Shown: in pieces, positions 1 to 25,260 of the stretch
Position numbering within the stretch: the first letter of the stretch is position 1
How the letters are laid out: each line of letters opens with the position of its first letter
Origin: the human T2T-CHM13v2.0 reference genome, Homo sapiens
DNA: 64,000 nt
Direction: 5' to 3' (one strand)
Assembly (NCBI RefSeq): GCF_009914755.1
Contig: NC_060928.1
Notes under the pieces: generated by a model
Told to the model about the DNA's origin: nothing
Seen by the model: only the letters and a program-made list of their open reading frames with translations
Database searches by the model: none
Position numbers and translations under genes: made by a program

Positions 1-5180
<5,180 letters not shown>

Positions 5181-5233
5181 GTAGTTTATTTCAAGTTTTC
5201 TTCCACCACGCCTGGCTTCATTCTGCCAATCTG

Positions 5234-9855
<4,622 letters not shown>

Positions 9856-9859
9856 AGAC

Positions 9860-10272
9860 AAAAATCTTTTGCCCATTTTAAAATTAGATTATTAGATTTT
9901 TTTTTCTATTGAGATGTTTGAGCTCCTTATGTATTCTTGTTATTAATCCCTTGTCAGATGGAGAGTTTGCAAATATTTTCTCCCATTCTGTGGGCTGTCT
10001 CTTCACTTTGTCGATTGTTTCCTTTGTCGTGCTGAAGCATTTTAACTTGATGTGATCATTTCTGTCCATTTTGCTTTGTTTGCCTGTGCTTTTGGGGTAC
10101 TACTTAAGAAATTTTTGCTTAGACCAATGTCCTGGAGAGTTTCCCCAAAGTTTTCTTTTGGTAGTTTTGTAGTTTGAAGTCTTAGATTTAAGTCTTTAGT
10201 TGATTCTGATAGATTTTTGTATATGGTGAAGATAGAGATCTAAATTTATTCTGCTGCATATGCATATTCAGT
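9860..10272 (-). mobile_element. L1 ORF2 3' fragment (old subfamily)
   Basis: ORF 9884..10069 [28 protein letters not shown]. Confidence 0.8.
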
Positions 10273-10274
10273 AT

Positions 10275-10530
10275 TTTTGTTGTTTTTTGAGACAGGCTAT
10301 CACTCTGTCACCAAGGTTGGAGTGTGGTGGTAGGATCATGGCTCACTGCAGCTGTGATCTTCCAGGTGCAAGTGATCTTTCCATCTCAGCTTCCTGAGTA
10401 GCTGGGACTATAGGCATGCAGTACCATGCCCAGCTAATTAAACAAAAATTTGTAGAGACAGGGTTCCACACTGTTTCCCAGACTGATCTCTAACTCCTGG
10501 GCTCGAGTGATCCTCCCACCTCAGGCTTCC
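10275..10530 (-). mobile_element. AluJ-like, 5' truncated
   Basis: Diverged Alu motifs. Confidence 0.8.
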
Positions 10531-10629
10531 AAACATTTTTTTTTTCTTTTCAACTTTAATTTTAGGTTCAAGGGGGTACATGTGCAGGTTTGTTACATGG
10601 GTAAATTGCATGTTGTGGGAGTTTGTTAT

Positions 10630-10686
10630 ACAGATATTATATTATCTTATATTATATATTATATTATATTATATTATATATTATAC
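10630..10686. repeat. (TATAT/TA)n low-complexity microsatellite
   Basis: tattatattat... tract. Confidence 0.8.
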
Positions 10687-10736
10687 AAAGAATTATGTCA
10701 CTCAGGTAAGCAGCATAGTACTGATAGGTAGTTTTT

Positions 10737-13080
10737 TTATTATTATGCTTTAAGTTCCGGGATACATGTGCAGAATGTGTAGGTTTGTTAGATAGGTATA
10801 CATGTGCCGTGGTGGTTTACTGCACCTATCAACCCATCATCTAGGTTTTAAGCCCAGCATGCATTAGGTATTTGTCCTAATGCTCTCCCTCCCCTTGCCC
10901 CCAACTCTTCAACAGGCCCTGGTGTGTGATGTTCCCCTCCCTGTGTCCATGTGTTCTCATTGTTCAACTCCCACTTATGAATGAGAACATGCAGTGTTTG
11001 GTTTTCTCTTCCTGTGTTAGTTTGCTAAGAATGCTGGTTTCCAGCGTCATCCATGTTCCTGCAAAGGACATGGACTTATCCCTTTTTATGGCTGCATAGT
11101 ATTCCATGGTGTATATGTGCCACATTTTCTTTATCCAGCCTATCATTGATGGACATTTGGGTTGGTTCCAAGTCTTCGCTATTGTAAACAGTGCCATAAT
11201 AAACATACGTGTGCATGTGTCTTTATAGTAGAATGATTTATAATCCTTTGGGTATATACCCAGTAATGGGATTGGAGGGTCAAATGGTATTTCTGGTTCT
11301 AGATACTTGAGGAATCGCTGCACTGTCTTCCACAATTGTTGAGCTAATTTACAGTCCCACCAACAGTGTAAAAGCATTCCTAGTTTTCCTCATCCTCTCC
11401 AGCATCTGTTGTTCCCTGACTTTTTAATGATTGCCATTCTAACTGGCATGAGATGGTATTTCATTGTGGTTTTGATTTGCATTTCTCTAATGGCCAGTGA
11501 TGGTGAGCTTTTTTTCATAGATTTGTTGGCCACATAAATGTCTTCTTTTGAGAAATGTCTGTTCATATCCTTTGTGCACTTTTTGAAGAGGTTTTTTTTT
11601 TTCTTGTAAATTTGTTTAAGTTCTTTGTAGATTCTGAATATTAGACCTTTGTCAGATGGATAGATTGCAAAATTTTTCTCCCATTCTGTAGGTTGCCTGT
11701 TCACTCTGATGATAGTTTCTTTTGCTGTGCAGAAGCTCTTTAGTTTAATTAGATCCCGTTTGTCAATTTTGGCTTTTGTTGCCATTGCTTTGGTGTTTTA
11801 GTCATGAAGTCTTTGCCCATGCCTATGTCCTGAATGGTATTGCCTAGGTTTTCTTCTAGGGTTTTTATGGTTTTAGATTTTACATTTAAGTCTTTAATCC
11901 ATCTTGAGTTAATTTTTGTATAGGGTGTAAGGTGAGGGGTCCAATTTCAGTTTTCTGCATATGGCTAGCCAGTTTTCCCAGCACCATTTATTAAATAGGG
12001 AATCCTTTCCCCATTTCTTGTTTTTGTCAGGTTTGTCAAAGATCAGATGGTTGTAGATGTGTGGTGTTGTTTTTGAGGCCTCTGTTCTGTTCCATTCTTC
12101 TATATATCTGTTTTGGTACCAGTACCATGATGTTTTGGTTACTGTAGACTTGTGTAGTTTGAAGTCAGATAGTGTGATGACTCCAGCTTTGTTCTTTTTG
12201 CTTAGGATTGTCTTGGCTATATGGGCTCTTTTTTGGTTGCATATGAAATTCAAAGTAGTTTTCTCTAGTTCTGTGAAGAAAGTCAAAGGTAGCTTGATGG
12301 GAATAGCATTGAATCTATATATTCTATATATTACCTTGGGCAGTATGGCCAATTTCACGATATTGATTCTTTCTATTCATGAGCATGGAATGTATTATTA
12401 TTATTATAGTTTAAGCTCTAGGGTACATGTGCACAACATGAAGATTTGATACATAGGTATACATGTGTCATGTTGGTTTGCTGCACCCATCAACGACGTC
12501 ATTTACATTAGGTATTTCTTCTGATGCTATCCCTCCCCCAGCCCCCCACCTCCTGACAGGCCCCAGTGTGTGATGTTCCCCGCCCTGTTTCCAAGTGTTC
12601 TCATTGTTCAATTCCCACCTATGAGTGAGAACAGAGCATGGAATATTTTTCCAATTGTTTGTATCCTCTCTTATTTCCTTGAGCAGTGGTTTGTAGTTCT
12701 CCTTGAAGAGGTCCTTCACCTCCCTTACAAGTTGTATTCCGAGGTATTTTATTTTCTTTGTAGCAATTGTGAATGGGAGTTCACTCATGATTTGGCTCTG
12801 TGTCTATTATTAGTGTATAGGAATGCTTGCGATTTTTGCACATCAATTTTGTATCTTGAGACTTTCCTGAAGTTGCTTATCAGCTTAAGGAGTTTTTGGG
12901 CTGAGATGATGGGGTTTTCTAAATATACAATTATGTCATCTGCAAACAGAGGCAATTTGACTTCCTCTCTTCCTATTTTAATACCCTTTGTTTTTTTTCT
13001 CTTGCCTGATTGCCCTGGCCAGAACTTCCAATACTATGTTGAATAGGATTGGTAAGAGAGGGTGTCCTTGTCTTCTGCCA
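10737..13080 (-). mobile_element. 5'-truncated L1PA with 13-bp TSD ATAGGTAGTTTTT
   Basis: TSD at 10724-10736 and 13081-13093; ORF2 C-terminal peptides 10964..12358. Confidence 0.9.
12394..12633 (-). mobile_element. 240-bp L1PA 3'-end insertion inside the preceding L1
   Basis: L1 3'UTR with (TTA)n tail; TSD GAGCATGGAAT[G/A]T at 12381 and 12634. Confidence 0.88.
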
Positions 13081-14296
13081 ATAGGTAGTTTTTAAAACCT
13101 CTCCCTTCTCCCTGTCTATACCCTCAAGCAGGTCCTGAGTCTATTCTTCTTTGTGTCCATGTGTGCTCAATATTTAACTCCCACTTATAAATGAGAACAT
13201 GCAGGATTTGGTTTCTGTTTGATGAGCATCTAGATTGATTCCATGTCTTTACTATTGTGAATAGTGCTGTGATGATCATACAACTGCATATGACATTATG
13301 GTAGAATTTCTTTGGATGTATACCCAATAATGAGGTGGCTGGGTCAAATAGTAGTTCTAAGTTCTTTGAGAAATCTCCAGAGTGCCTTCCGCAGTGGCTG
13401 AACTAATTTACATTGCCACCAGCAGTGTATACGCATTCCCTTTTCTCTGTAATCTCTCTAGCATATGTTATTTTTTGAATTTTTAATCATAGCCATTCTG
13501 ACTGGTGTAAGTGGTATCTCATTGTAGTTTTAATTTACATTTTCCTAATGATTAGTGCTATTCAACATTTCTTCATATGCTTGTTGGCTGCATATATGTC
13601 TTCTTTAAAAATGTCTGTTCATGTCTTTTGCCCACTTTTCTATAGGGTTGTTTGTTTTTGCTTATTGGTTTACATTCCTTATAGATTAGGATTTGGATCT
13701 GGGTATTAGAGCTTTGTCAGGATGAACTTCATCAGATGCATAGTTTGCAAATATTTTCCCTCATTATGTGGGTTGTATGTTTACTCTGTTGATAGTTTCT
13801 TTTGCTGTGTAGAGGTTCTTTAGTTTACATAGGTCCCATTTGTCAATTTTTGTTTTTGTTGTAATTTTTGTTTTTAGCATCTTTGTCATGAAGTCTTTGC
13901 CAGGGCCTTTGTCCAGAATGGCATTTCCTAGGGTTTCCTCAAGGATTTTTATAGTTTTAGATTTTACAGTTGAGCCTTTAATTCATCTTGAGTTGTTTTT
14001 TGTATATGATTTGAAGAAAGGATCCAGTTTAATCTTTTGCATATGGCTAGCCAGTTATCCTGGTACCATTAATTGAATAGGGAGTTCTTTCTCCATTGCT
14101 TGTTTTTGTCAACTTTGTCAAACATCAGATGGCTGTAGGTGTGTAGATTTATTTCTGAGCTCTCTATTCTGTCTCATTGGTCTATGTGTCTGATTTTGTA
14201 TAAGTACCATGCTGTTTTAGTTACTCTTGCTCTATAGTATAGTTTGAAGTTGGGTAGGGTGATGATTGCAGCTTTGTTCTTTTTGCATGGGATTGC

Positions 14297-14856
14297 TGTG
14301 TTGGTTAATATTAGGGGTCAACTTGATTGAATTGAAGGATACCTACATAGCTGGTAAAGTGTTTCTGAGTGTGTCTGTGAGGGTGTTTCCAACATTTGAG
14401 TCAGTGGACTGAGAGAGGAAGACGCACCCTCATTGTGGGTGGTCACCACCCAACTGGCTGCCACAGCAGCTAGAATAAAGCAGGTAGAAGAAGGTGGGAT
14501 AAGCCAGCTTGTGGAGTCTTTCATCTTTCTCTGTGCTGGATGCTTCCTTCCATTCTTCCTGCCCTTGGACATCAGACTTCAGGTTCTACAGCCTTTGGAC
14601 TCTTGGACTTACACCATTGGCTTGCCAGGGGCTCTTAGGCCTTCTGCCACAGACTGAAGGCTGCACTGTTGGCTTCCCTACTTTTGAAGCTTTTGGACTT
14701 GGACTGAGATACTACTGGCTTCTTTCTTCCTCAGCTTGAAGGTGGCATATTGGGGGACTTCATCTCATGATCGTGTGAGCCAATTCTCCTTAATAAACTC
14801 TCTTTCATATATACATATATCCTATTAGTTCTGTCCCTCTGGAAAACCCTAATACA
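14297..14856 (+). mobile_element. Solo MLT2 LTR (ERVL)
   Basis: TG...CA termini, MLT2 motifs (gtcaacttgattg; cctattagttctgtccctct), 5-bp TSD ATTGC. Confidence 0.9.
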
Positions 14857-15523
14857 ATTGCTTTGGCTATTCAGGCCCCCCTTTTTTTGGTTCCAAATGA
14901 ATTATAGAATGGTTTTTCTAATTCTGTGAAGAATGTCATTGGTGGTTTGATAGGCATAGCATTGAAACTGTAAATTACTTTGGGCAGTTTGGCCATTTTA
15001 ACAATATTGATTCTTCCTATCCACAAGCATGGGATGTTTTTCCGTTTGTTTGTCATCACTGATTTCTTTCAGCACTGTTTTGTAATTCTCATTGCAGAGA
15101 TCTTTCACCTCCATGGCTAGCTGTATTCCTAGGTGTTTCATTTTTCTTGTGTGACTCTTGTGGATGGGATTGCATTCTTGCTTTGACACTCAACTTGCAT
15201 AGTGTTGGTGTACAGAAATGCTACTTGTTTGTGTATGTTGATTTTGTATTCAGAAACTTAACTAAAGTTGTTTGTCAGATCTACAAATTTTTGGACAGAG
15301 ACTATGTGGTTTTCTACGTATAGTATATCATCTGCAAACAGATTGTTTGACTTCTTCTTTTCTTGTTTGGATACCTTTTATTTCTTTCTCTTGTTGATTG
15401 CTATGGCTAGCACGTCCAGTACTATGTTGAATAGCAGTGTTGAGTGTGGGCATTTTTGTCTGTTCTGGTTCTCAATAGAAGTGCTTCCAGCTTTTGCACA
15501 TTCAGTATGATGTTGGCTGTGGA

Positions 15524-15821
<298 letters not shown>

Positions 15822-15948
15822 TGGCTGTGGATTTGTCATAGACAGTTCTTATTATTTTGAGGTATGTACCTTTAATGCCTACTTTTTTGAGGGTCTTTCA
15901 CACAAAAGGATGTTGAATTTGATCAAAAGCCGTTTTTGCATCTATTGA

Positions 15949-18900
15949 TGCTGAGACCTGCTCAGGTGGGGAGACCCTAACCCAGTGGTGCTAGAGGAAT
16001 TAAAGACACATAGAGAAATATAGAGGTGTGGAGTGGGAAATCAGGGGTCTCACAGCCTTCAGAGAGCAGAGCCTTGAACAGAGATTTACCCAAGTATTTA
16101 TTGACAGCAAGCCAGTGATAAGCATTGTTTCTATAGATTATAGATTAGCTAAAAGTATTCCTTATGGGAAACAAAGGGATGGGCCGAAGTAAAGGGATGG
16201 GTCTGGCTAGTTATCTGCAGCAGGAGTGTGTCCTTAAGGCACAGATTGCTCATGCTATTGTTTGTGGTTTAAGAACGCCTTTAAGTGGTTTTCTGCCCTG
16301 GGTGAGCCAGGTGTTCCTTGCCCTCATCCTGGTAAACCCACAACCTTCCAGCGTGGGCATCATAGCCATCAAGAACATGTCATAGTGCTGCAGAGATTTT
16401 GTTTATGGCTAGTTTTGGGGCCAGTTTATGGCCAGATTTTGGGGGGGCCTGTTCCCAACACATCCCCCTTCTTTGATTTGCAAAGTGATAAAAGCAAAGG
16501 CAGCTTTGTCACAGTGAGCTACTGCTTGCAGGAGTCGGGATCCACATCTGCAGACTATACAAAGACAAACAACACACATTAAAAACACAATTATCATTGA
16601 AATCACAGAGCTTCCAAGTGTTTTATCCATTTTAATGGGTTGCTAGCTGCTAATCTGTCTGCAGCTCCTTCAAACACTCCAGTTCCTGGCATTAAGGCCA
16701 GGTGTGCCTGGGATGCTTTAAATATTTGTTGTTTTAATTTTGCAATATCTAAAGACAAGTTTATAGAGTTTCCTTCTAGATTTTTTTATTCTTTCCCAAA
16801 TTTTGATCTTATTAAGAGCTATTAATAGTTTCCACAAATCTTTATGTTTAGTTCCTACAACGGGCCATATCATTTGAGGTTGAGTTGCTACTATATGGCC
16901 ATGGTTCCAGATAATAAGAACTCTTGCCATACTTCTTACCATTTCTACCATCTGACTGTTTTGTTCAGACTAGCTGAACATAGTGTGGCCATGGCACGCA
17001 GACTGAGAGGTGCAATTCAGGCTAAACATCCTCTTAGGGGACCAATCAATAATAATTCCTAGGAATCATTGTGCAGCACCTCTGCCTAAACAAGGTTTGC
17101 AATGCAGTCTTCCTGAACAAGTACGTTCATTTTTTCTGGCTAGGTTCAATTTTGTTCACCAATAGGTTTTTGAGAGCAGTATGCATTAATTATAGGAGCA
17201 GATTTATTATGATAAATATTGAGATCAGAAAGCATTTGTAACTGTGTCATAAAGTGATTACATCCAGGTATTATTGCCAGCTAAGATAGATAAATATGAC
17301 CAATAAGTATAATTGTTCTCTGTGTCAGCCCTTGTTGAAGGAATACACATGGCAATGGTGATCACCACTATCATAGCTACCATTAAATTACTCATTGTGA
17401 CCAGTTGTCCCACTTTCCTCAGGTTTTCTTCCACCATCTGTGACAGCTTCTTGATCTGTCCCCAGGTTGGTGGCTGTGTTCGATGGGTGTTGCTCGTGAC
17501 AGTTGGGGTCCTCTTCAGCATCAGTCTCGACATGGCTGCAACTGGGGAGTCCTTGGGATCCTCCCAGAATCTCTTCCTCAGCATCTGGCTCATAATAAGG
17601 TTTCAGGTGTCTTGATGGTATCCAAATCGGCTGTTGATTTTGGCCTGGAGAAACACAAGCATAACCTCTACCCCAGGTTATTATTTTACCTATTTCCCAA
17701 CTTTTTGTTATCGGGTCTCTCCACCAAACCAGTTTTTCTGCTTCTGTCTTTGCAGCTGGTTTCTGTAGATGCTGTTCAGCTGCTGATAACATCTGGCCTT
17801 TAGGCAGGCTCAAAAAATTTAAAGTTAATAATGCTAGATTCAATTGTATATGGGCTGTCCCATAATCCCTGTTTCTCCTCCTTTTTTGTTTTTATCATCA
17901 GTTGTTCATCTGTATGAAATTGTAACTGAGCATTTTCAATTAATTGTGTGGAATGAACCACGTATGAAGAATCAGAAATCACATTAATAGGCATATCAAA
18001 AGCAGTCAATACCTCAATTACAGCTACAAGCTCCACTTTTTGAACTGAAGTATAGAGCGTCTGGAAAACTTTACCTGTCGAGCCAGAATAAGAAGCTTTG
18101 CCATTACTAGACCCATCTGTAAAAACATTCTCAGCACCTTCAATTGGTTTAGATTTAGTAATTTTAGGGAGAATCCAATTAGTTAATTCCAAAAATTGTA
18201 ATAGTTTCATTTTTGGAAAATGATTATTGAGAATTGTTCAGTAACCAAATCCTCTAAAGCCTCCAGTTTCTCTTTACTCAGTGGCCATTGTTCTATCCAA
18301 ACTGGCTTATCTGTTAACCATTTTAAAGGTATAGGTTCTGGAGGCTTAACAATGGCTGCCATAAAAAATGATATCCTAAACCTTGGCGGGAACTTTGTCT
18401 TTCTGCTTGAAGCGGTTCTTTCAAACCTTGCAAATTTTTTCCTAGTCCCATACCAGAGACATACCCCATTTCATGCATCATATGTTGACTTTGAGGGCTA
18501 TATAATAGTTCAGGAATTAGAACTTGTGCTCTCCATTGTTGTAATAAATCTCTCCCCCATAAATTTATAGGTACAGAAGTTATAACTGGTTGAATAGTCC
18601 CAGGTGGTCCATCAGACCCTTCACAATGCAAAATATAACTACTTTGATATACTTCAGAGGCTTTACCAACTCCAACTATGTTAAAATGAGTGGGTGGAAT
18701 TGGCCATGCAGACGGCCAGTGCTGTAGAGAAATGATTGAAATGTCCATTCCTCTATCTACCAAACCTTTAAATTTCTTCCCCTGAATAGTTATTTCACAG
18801 GTAGGACATTTATCAGTAATTTGATTTACCCAATAAGCTGCTTTGCCTTGTTAATTTGTGCTTCCAAATCCTCCTGTTCATTTAATTTCACTTTTCCCCA

Positions 18901-20362
18901 TTCCCAGATATGACGCAATCAGGAGCTGTGCTATGCGCTCTCCTGGCTCTGCTTTCCAGAGAACAGAAGTAGATATAACAATTTGAATTTTGCCATTGTA
19001 ATCTGAATCAATGACTCCTGTTTGTACTTATACCCCTTTTAAACTTAAACTAGACCTTCCTAAAAGTAATCCTATCATTCCCGCTGGCATGGGTCCACAG
19101 ACTCCTGTTGGGACCTTTTGCAGGGGTTCCCCAGGCAGAAGGCTCACAGCTTTTGTGCAGCATAAATCTACTGCAGCACTACCAGCTGTGCTGGGGGACA
19201 GACATTGTATATGGGTGAGGGAATGGCCTGAGCCGGAAATGCCCCAGTTTGGAATGGGGTCCAGGATGGGCCCCTCATGGCGTTTCCTGAATTTAAAAGG
19301 AAAAGGCTCAAACATAGCTGTAATATTTCCTGTTGATCAGGTGGGTGTGTTCTAACACAGAACTGCCAAGCCTCTAAATCATCCTCTCATCTAGCTTGCT
19401 GAATTCCTGCCTGAATAGAACTGAGAGCAGTCACTCAAGGCACCACTCGAACAGTCACTGGGGCAACTACTTTTTGCCTATTGTCCTCCGGTGGTGGGTC
19501 AGGCTACTCTTTATTCAAAATAATAGGAGGTGCAGAAGGGTAGGGGTGAACCTCTCCCCCCTTTGCCACTTTAGCTTTAGCTGGCAAACAAACCTGCTCT
19601 GTCACTTCTTCTGTTACTTCATTATACTCTCCTTCCCCCTTATTATTAGTGTGAAAAGGTTCCAAGGTGGAATGAACCAGAGCCCACACTTGTCCCATTG
19701 TTACCCTGATGCTTCTGAGCTCCCCTTCTTACTCACCATGAGGATTGCTTTAAGAGTACTTGGGTGTCCTCCAGCTTAGTTCCATGTTCTCCAACCGTCA
19801 CTCTGGTGACCCTTCGACGTGGATAAGAGCCCCCACGTATAGGCACCACTTGCCGAGACCAGCTCAGTTGGGGAGACTCTAACCCAGTGGCGCTAGAGGA
19901 ATTAAAGACACACACACAGAAATATAGAGGTGTGGAGTGGGAAATCAGGGGTCTCACAGCCTTCAGAGCTCAGAGCCTTGAACAGAGATTTACCCAAGTA
20001 TTTTTTGACAGCAAGCCAGTGATAAGCATTGTTTCTATAGATTATAGATTAACTAAAAGTATTCCTTATGGGAAACAAAGGGATGGGCCGAAATAAAGGG
20101 ATGGGTCTGGCTAGTTATCTGCAGCAGGAGTGTGTCCTTAAGGCACAGATTGCTCATGCTATTGTTTGTGGTTTAAGAACGCCTTTAAGTGGTTTTCTGC
20201 CCTGGGTGAGCCAGGTGTTCCTTGCCCTCATTCTGGTAAACCCACAACCTTCAGCGTGGGTGTCATGGCCATCACAAACATGTCATAGTGCTGCAGAGAT
20301 TTTGTTTATGGCCAGTTTTGGGGCCAGTTTATGGCCACATTTTGGGGGACCTGTTCGCAACA
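15949..20362 (-). mobile_element. HERV-K(HML-3)/HERVK9 provirus with MER9 LTRs, internally deleted (4.4 kb)
   Basis: 5' LTR 19851..20362, 3' LTR 15949..16460, 6-bp TSD [T/C]ATTGA, Lys-type PBS about 19829-19848, PPT 16461-16474; gag MA, dUTPase, protease with G-patch, RNase H, IN C-terminus and env remnants. Confidence 0.9.
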
Positions 20363-22943
20363 CATTGATATCATCATATGGTTTTTGTTTTTAGTTCTGT
20401 TTATGTGATGAATGACATTTATTGATTAGAATATGTTGAACCAGCCTTGCAGTTTTTGGATAAAGCCTACGTGATTGTGGTGGATTACCTTTTTGATGTG
20501 CTGCTGGGTTTGGTTTGCCCGTATTCGGTTGAGGACTTTTACATCTATGTTAATCAGAGTTATTGGCCTGAACTTTTCTTTTATTTTTGTGCCTTTGCCA
20601 GGTTTTGGTATCAGAGTGATCCTGGCCTCATAGAATGAATTCGGGAGGAGTTCCTCCTCCTCAATTTTTTGGAATAGTTTCAGCAGGAAGGGTACCAGCT
20701 CTTCTTTATACATTTGATAGCATTTGGCTGTGTATTTGTCTGGTTCAGGACCTTTTCTAATTGGTAGGCTTTTTAATTACTGACTCAATATCAGAACTCA
20801 TTATTGGTCTGTTCAGCGTTTCAATTTCTTCCTGATTCAATCTTTGGAGGTTGTATCTTTCCAGGGATTCATCCATTTCTTGTAAGTTTTCTAGTGTGTG
20901 TGCATAGACGTGTTCATAATAGTCTCTGAGGGCTTTCTTGTGTTTCTATGGGGTCGGTGGTAATGTCCTCTTTGCCCTTTCTGATTATGTTTACTTGTAT
21001 CCTCTCTTTCTTTTTTCTTGATTAGTCTAGCTAGTGATCTGTCAACATTTTTATGTTTCGCTGCCATCCTAGAAAGGGGCTATAGTGCTGCAGGTGTCCA
21101 CTTTCAGGTGGTGCCTGCATATCGTGCAGAATCATCTGTGAACCAGGCCCTAGTCTTCTGTTTCTTTGTCAACTGATCATAGGGAACTCCCCATGAGGCC
21201 TTCAGTGCAGGCTGGTGGAGACAAGGCAGGGAGGCAGGAGTGGAGACTATGGGCATTTGAGCCACTTCCTCATGTAACTTACTTGTGCCTTCAGGACCTG
21301 CTCAAGCCTGATCACATATATACCACTTCCATTTGATGATGGGATGCTCCTGTACATGACCCACTTTATGGCTAGATGGGTCAGAAAGCACCCAGTTCGT
21401 GATAGGCAGTTCAGGTCGCATGGTGACTTGATGACCCATAGTCAAACATTCAGGTTCCACCAAAGCCCAGTAACAGGCCAAGAGCTATCTCTCAAAAGGA
21501 GAGTAGTTATCTGCAGAAGATGGCAGGGCCTTGCTCCAAAATCCTAGATGCTCTTCTGTGATTCATCTACGGGGGCCTGCTAAAGGCTCCAGTCACCATC
21601 CTATCTGCCACTGACACCTCAGGCACCTTTGGATCTGCTGGGTCATATGGCCCAAGTGGCAGAGCAGCTTGCACAGCAGCCTGGACCTGTTGCAGAACCT
21701 TCTCCTGTTCTGGACCCCACTCAGAACTGGCAGCCTTTTGAGTCACTTGATAAATGGGTCAGAGTAACACAACCAAATGCGGAAAGTGTTGCCTCCAAAA
21801 TCCAAATAGGCCCACAGGGTGTTGTGCCTCTTTCTTGGTTGTAGAAGGGGCCAAATGCAGCAACTTATCCTTCACTTTAGAAGGAATATCTTGACAGGCT
21901 CCACACCACCAGGCCCCTAGAAATTTTTACTGAGGTAGAAGGTTCCTGAATTTTAGTCAGATTTATTTCCTATCCTCTGGCACACAAATGTCTCACCAAT
22001 AAGTCCAGTGTGTTTGCTACTTCTTGCTCACTGAATCCAGTCAACCTAATGTCATCAGTATAATGCACCAGTGTGATATCTTGCAGAAGCTAAAAGCTAT
22101 CAAGGGCTCTCTGAATAAGATTTTGACACAAAGGCAGGGAGCTGGTAAACCCCTGAGGTAAGACAGTAAAAGTATATTGCTTGCCTTGCCAGCTGAAGGC
22201 AAATTGCTTCTGGTGGGCCTTATGGACAGGAATGGAGAAAAAGGCATTTGCCAAATCAATGGCTGCATACCAGGTATCAGGATATGTGTTAATTTGCTCA
22301 AGCAATGAAACTACAATTTCAATTATGTCACCCCAATTGGAGTCACCACTTGGTTAAACTTGCAATAATTCATTGTTATTCTCTAAGATCCATCTGTCTT
22401 CTGCACAGGCCAAATAAGAGGGTTGAATGGCTATGTGGTGGGAATCACCACCCCTGCGTCTTTCAAGTCCTTGATGGTGGCACTAATCTTTGCAGTCCCT
22501 CCAGGGATGTGATATTGTTTTTGATTTACTATTTTTATAGGTAGAGTCAGCTGTAATGGTGTCCATTTGGCCTTCCCACCATAGTAGCCCTCAGTCTACA
22601 AGTCAGGGAGCCAATGTGGGGGTTCTGCCAGCTGATAAGTATGTCTATGCCAATTATGCATTCTGGCACTGGGAAAATGACCACAGGATGTGTTCAGGGA
22701 CACACTGGACCCACTGTAAGTCAGACCTGAACTAAAACTCCATTAATTACCTGACCTCCGTAACTGCTACTTTAACTGGAGGACCACAATGATATTTTGG
22801 GTCCCCTGGAATCAACATCAGCTCAGAGCCAATGTCCAGTAGTCCCTGAAATGTCTGATTATTTCCTTTTCCCCAGTGCAGTTACCCTGGTAAAATGCTG
22901 GAGGGCTCCTTGGGGAAGGATGGGAGAAAGATTCACTGCATAA

Positions 22944-23190
<247 letters not shown>

Positions 23191-23581
23191 GTGGGGTCCT
23201 TTCTTAAGAAGACTTGGCCTCCCGCCTCTGCCTCCTGGGTTCAGGCGATTCTCCTGCCTCAGCCCCTCGAGTAGCTGTGATTACAGGCATACTGTGGCCA
23301 CCCTGATTGGCTAACGGGGTTTCTCCATGTTGGTCAGGCTGGTCTCGAACTCCCGACCTCAGGTGATCCACCCGCCTTGGACTCCCAAAGGGTTGGGATT
23401 ACAGGCGTGAGCCACCGTGCCCATCTTGGTTTTAATTTTTATCTTAAATTTATTTTTAGTTTTGTTTTCAGAGATAGGGTCTCACTCTGATTGTAGTGGT
23501 AGAATCAGAGCTCACTGCAACTTCAAACTCCTGGGCTCCAGTAATCCTCCCTCTCCAACCTCCCTAAGTAGGTGGGAGCAA

Positions 23582-23720
23582 GTTTGTCCAAACCTCAGTC
23601 CACAGGCTGCATAAGGTCCAAGACAGCTTTGAATGCAGCCCAACACAAATTTGTAAACTTTCTTAAAACATTATGGTATTTTCTTTCCAATTTTGTTTTT
23701 TCTAGCTCATCAGCTGTTGT
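23582..23720. mobile_element. MER30-like DNA transposon fragment (within the retrocopy)
   Basis: gctttgaatgcagcccaacacaaatttgtaaactttcttaaaacattat motif. Confidence 0.65.
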
Positions 23721-23830
23721 ATTTTAGGTAGAGATGCGGGTCTCACTGTGTTGCCAGGCTGGTCTCCAACTCCTGGCCTCAAGCAATCCTCCCACCTTGG
23801 CTTCTCAATGTGCTGAGATTATAGGTGTGA

Positions 23831-24028
<198 letters not shown>

Positions 24029-24498
24029 TAGTAGAGACAGTGTTTCACCATGTTGCCCAGGCTGGTTTCCAACTTCTGGCCTCAAGCAATCCTCCTGCCT
24101 TGACCTCCCAAAGGGTTGGGATTACAGGCAATTACAAATACAGTTGCTATGAATATTTGTGTACAAGTCCTTCTGTGGACATGTGCTTTCATTCCTTTTG
24201 AGTAAATACCTAGGGATGGAACATCTGAATCACATGCAAATAAATATATGCTTACCCTTTTAAGAAACTTCGTAAGTTTTTTCCAAAGTGGTTGTACCAT
24301 TTCATATTCCCAATAGTAGTGTATGAGTTTCAGTTGCTCTATGTTCTGACAAATTCTTGGTATGACTAGTCTTTTGGAATTTACCATCAAATAGGTAGGG
24401 TATGTTGTTGAGGTCTTAATTTGTATTTTTCTCTTAATCTGTATTTCTCTAATGACTAATGATACTGCATATCTTTTCATGCCTTTATTTGTCATTGA

Positions 24499-25260
<762 letters not shown>

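Noticed and set aside
23300-23320. Missing Alu linker (ggctaa|cggggttt) as a splice junction in the retrocopy
   Set aside because: No GT donor is expected at that Alu position; more simply a deletion, undecidable without the parent locus
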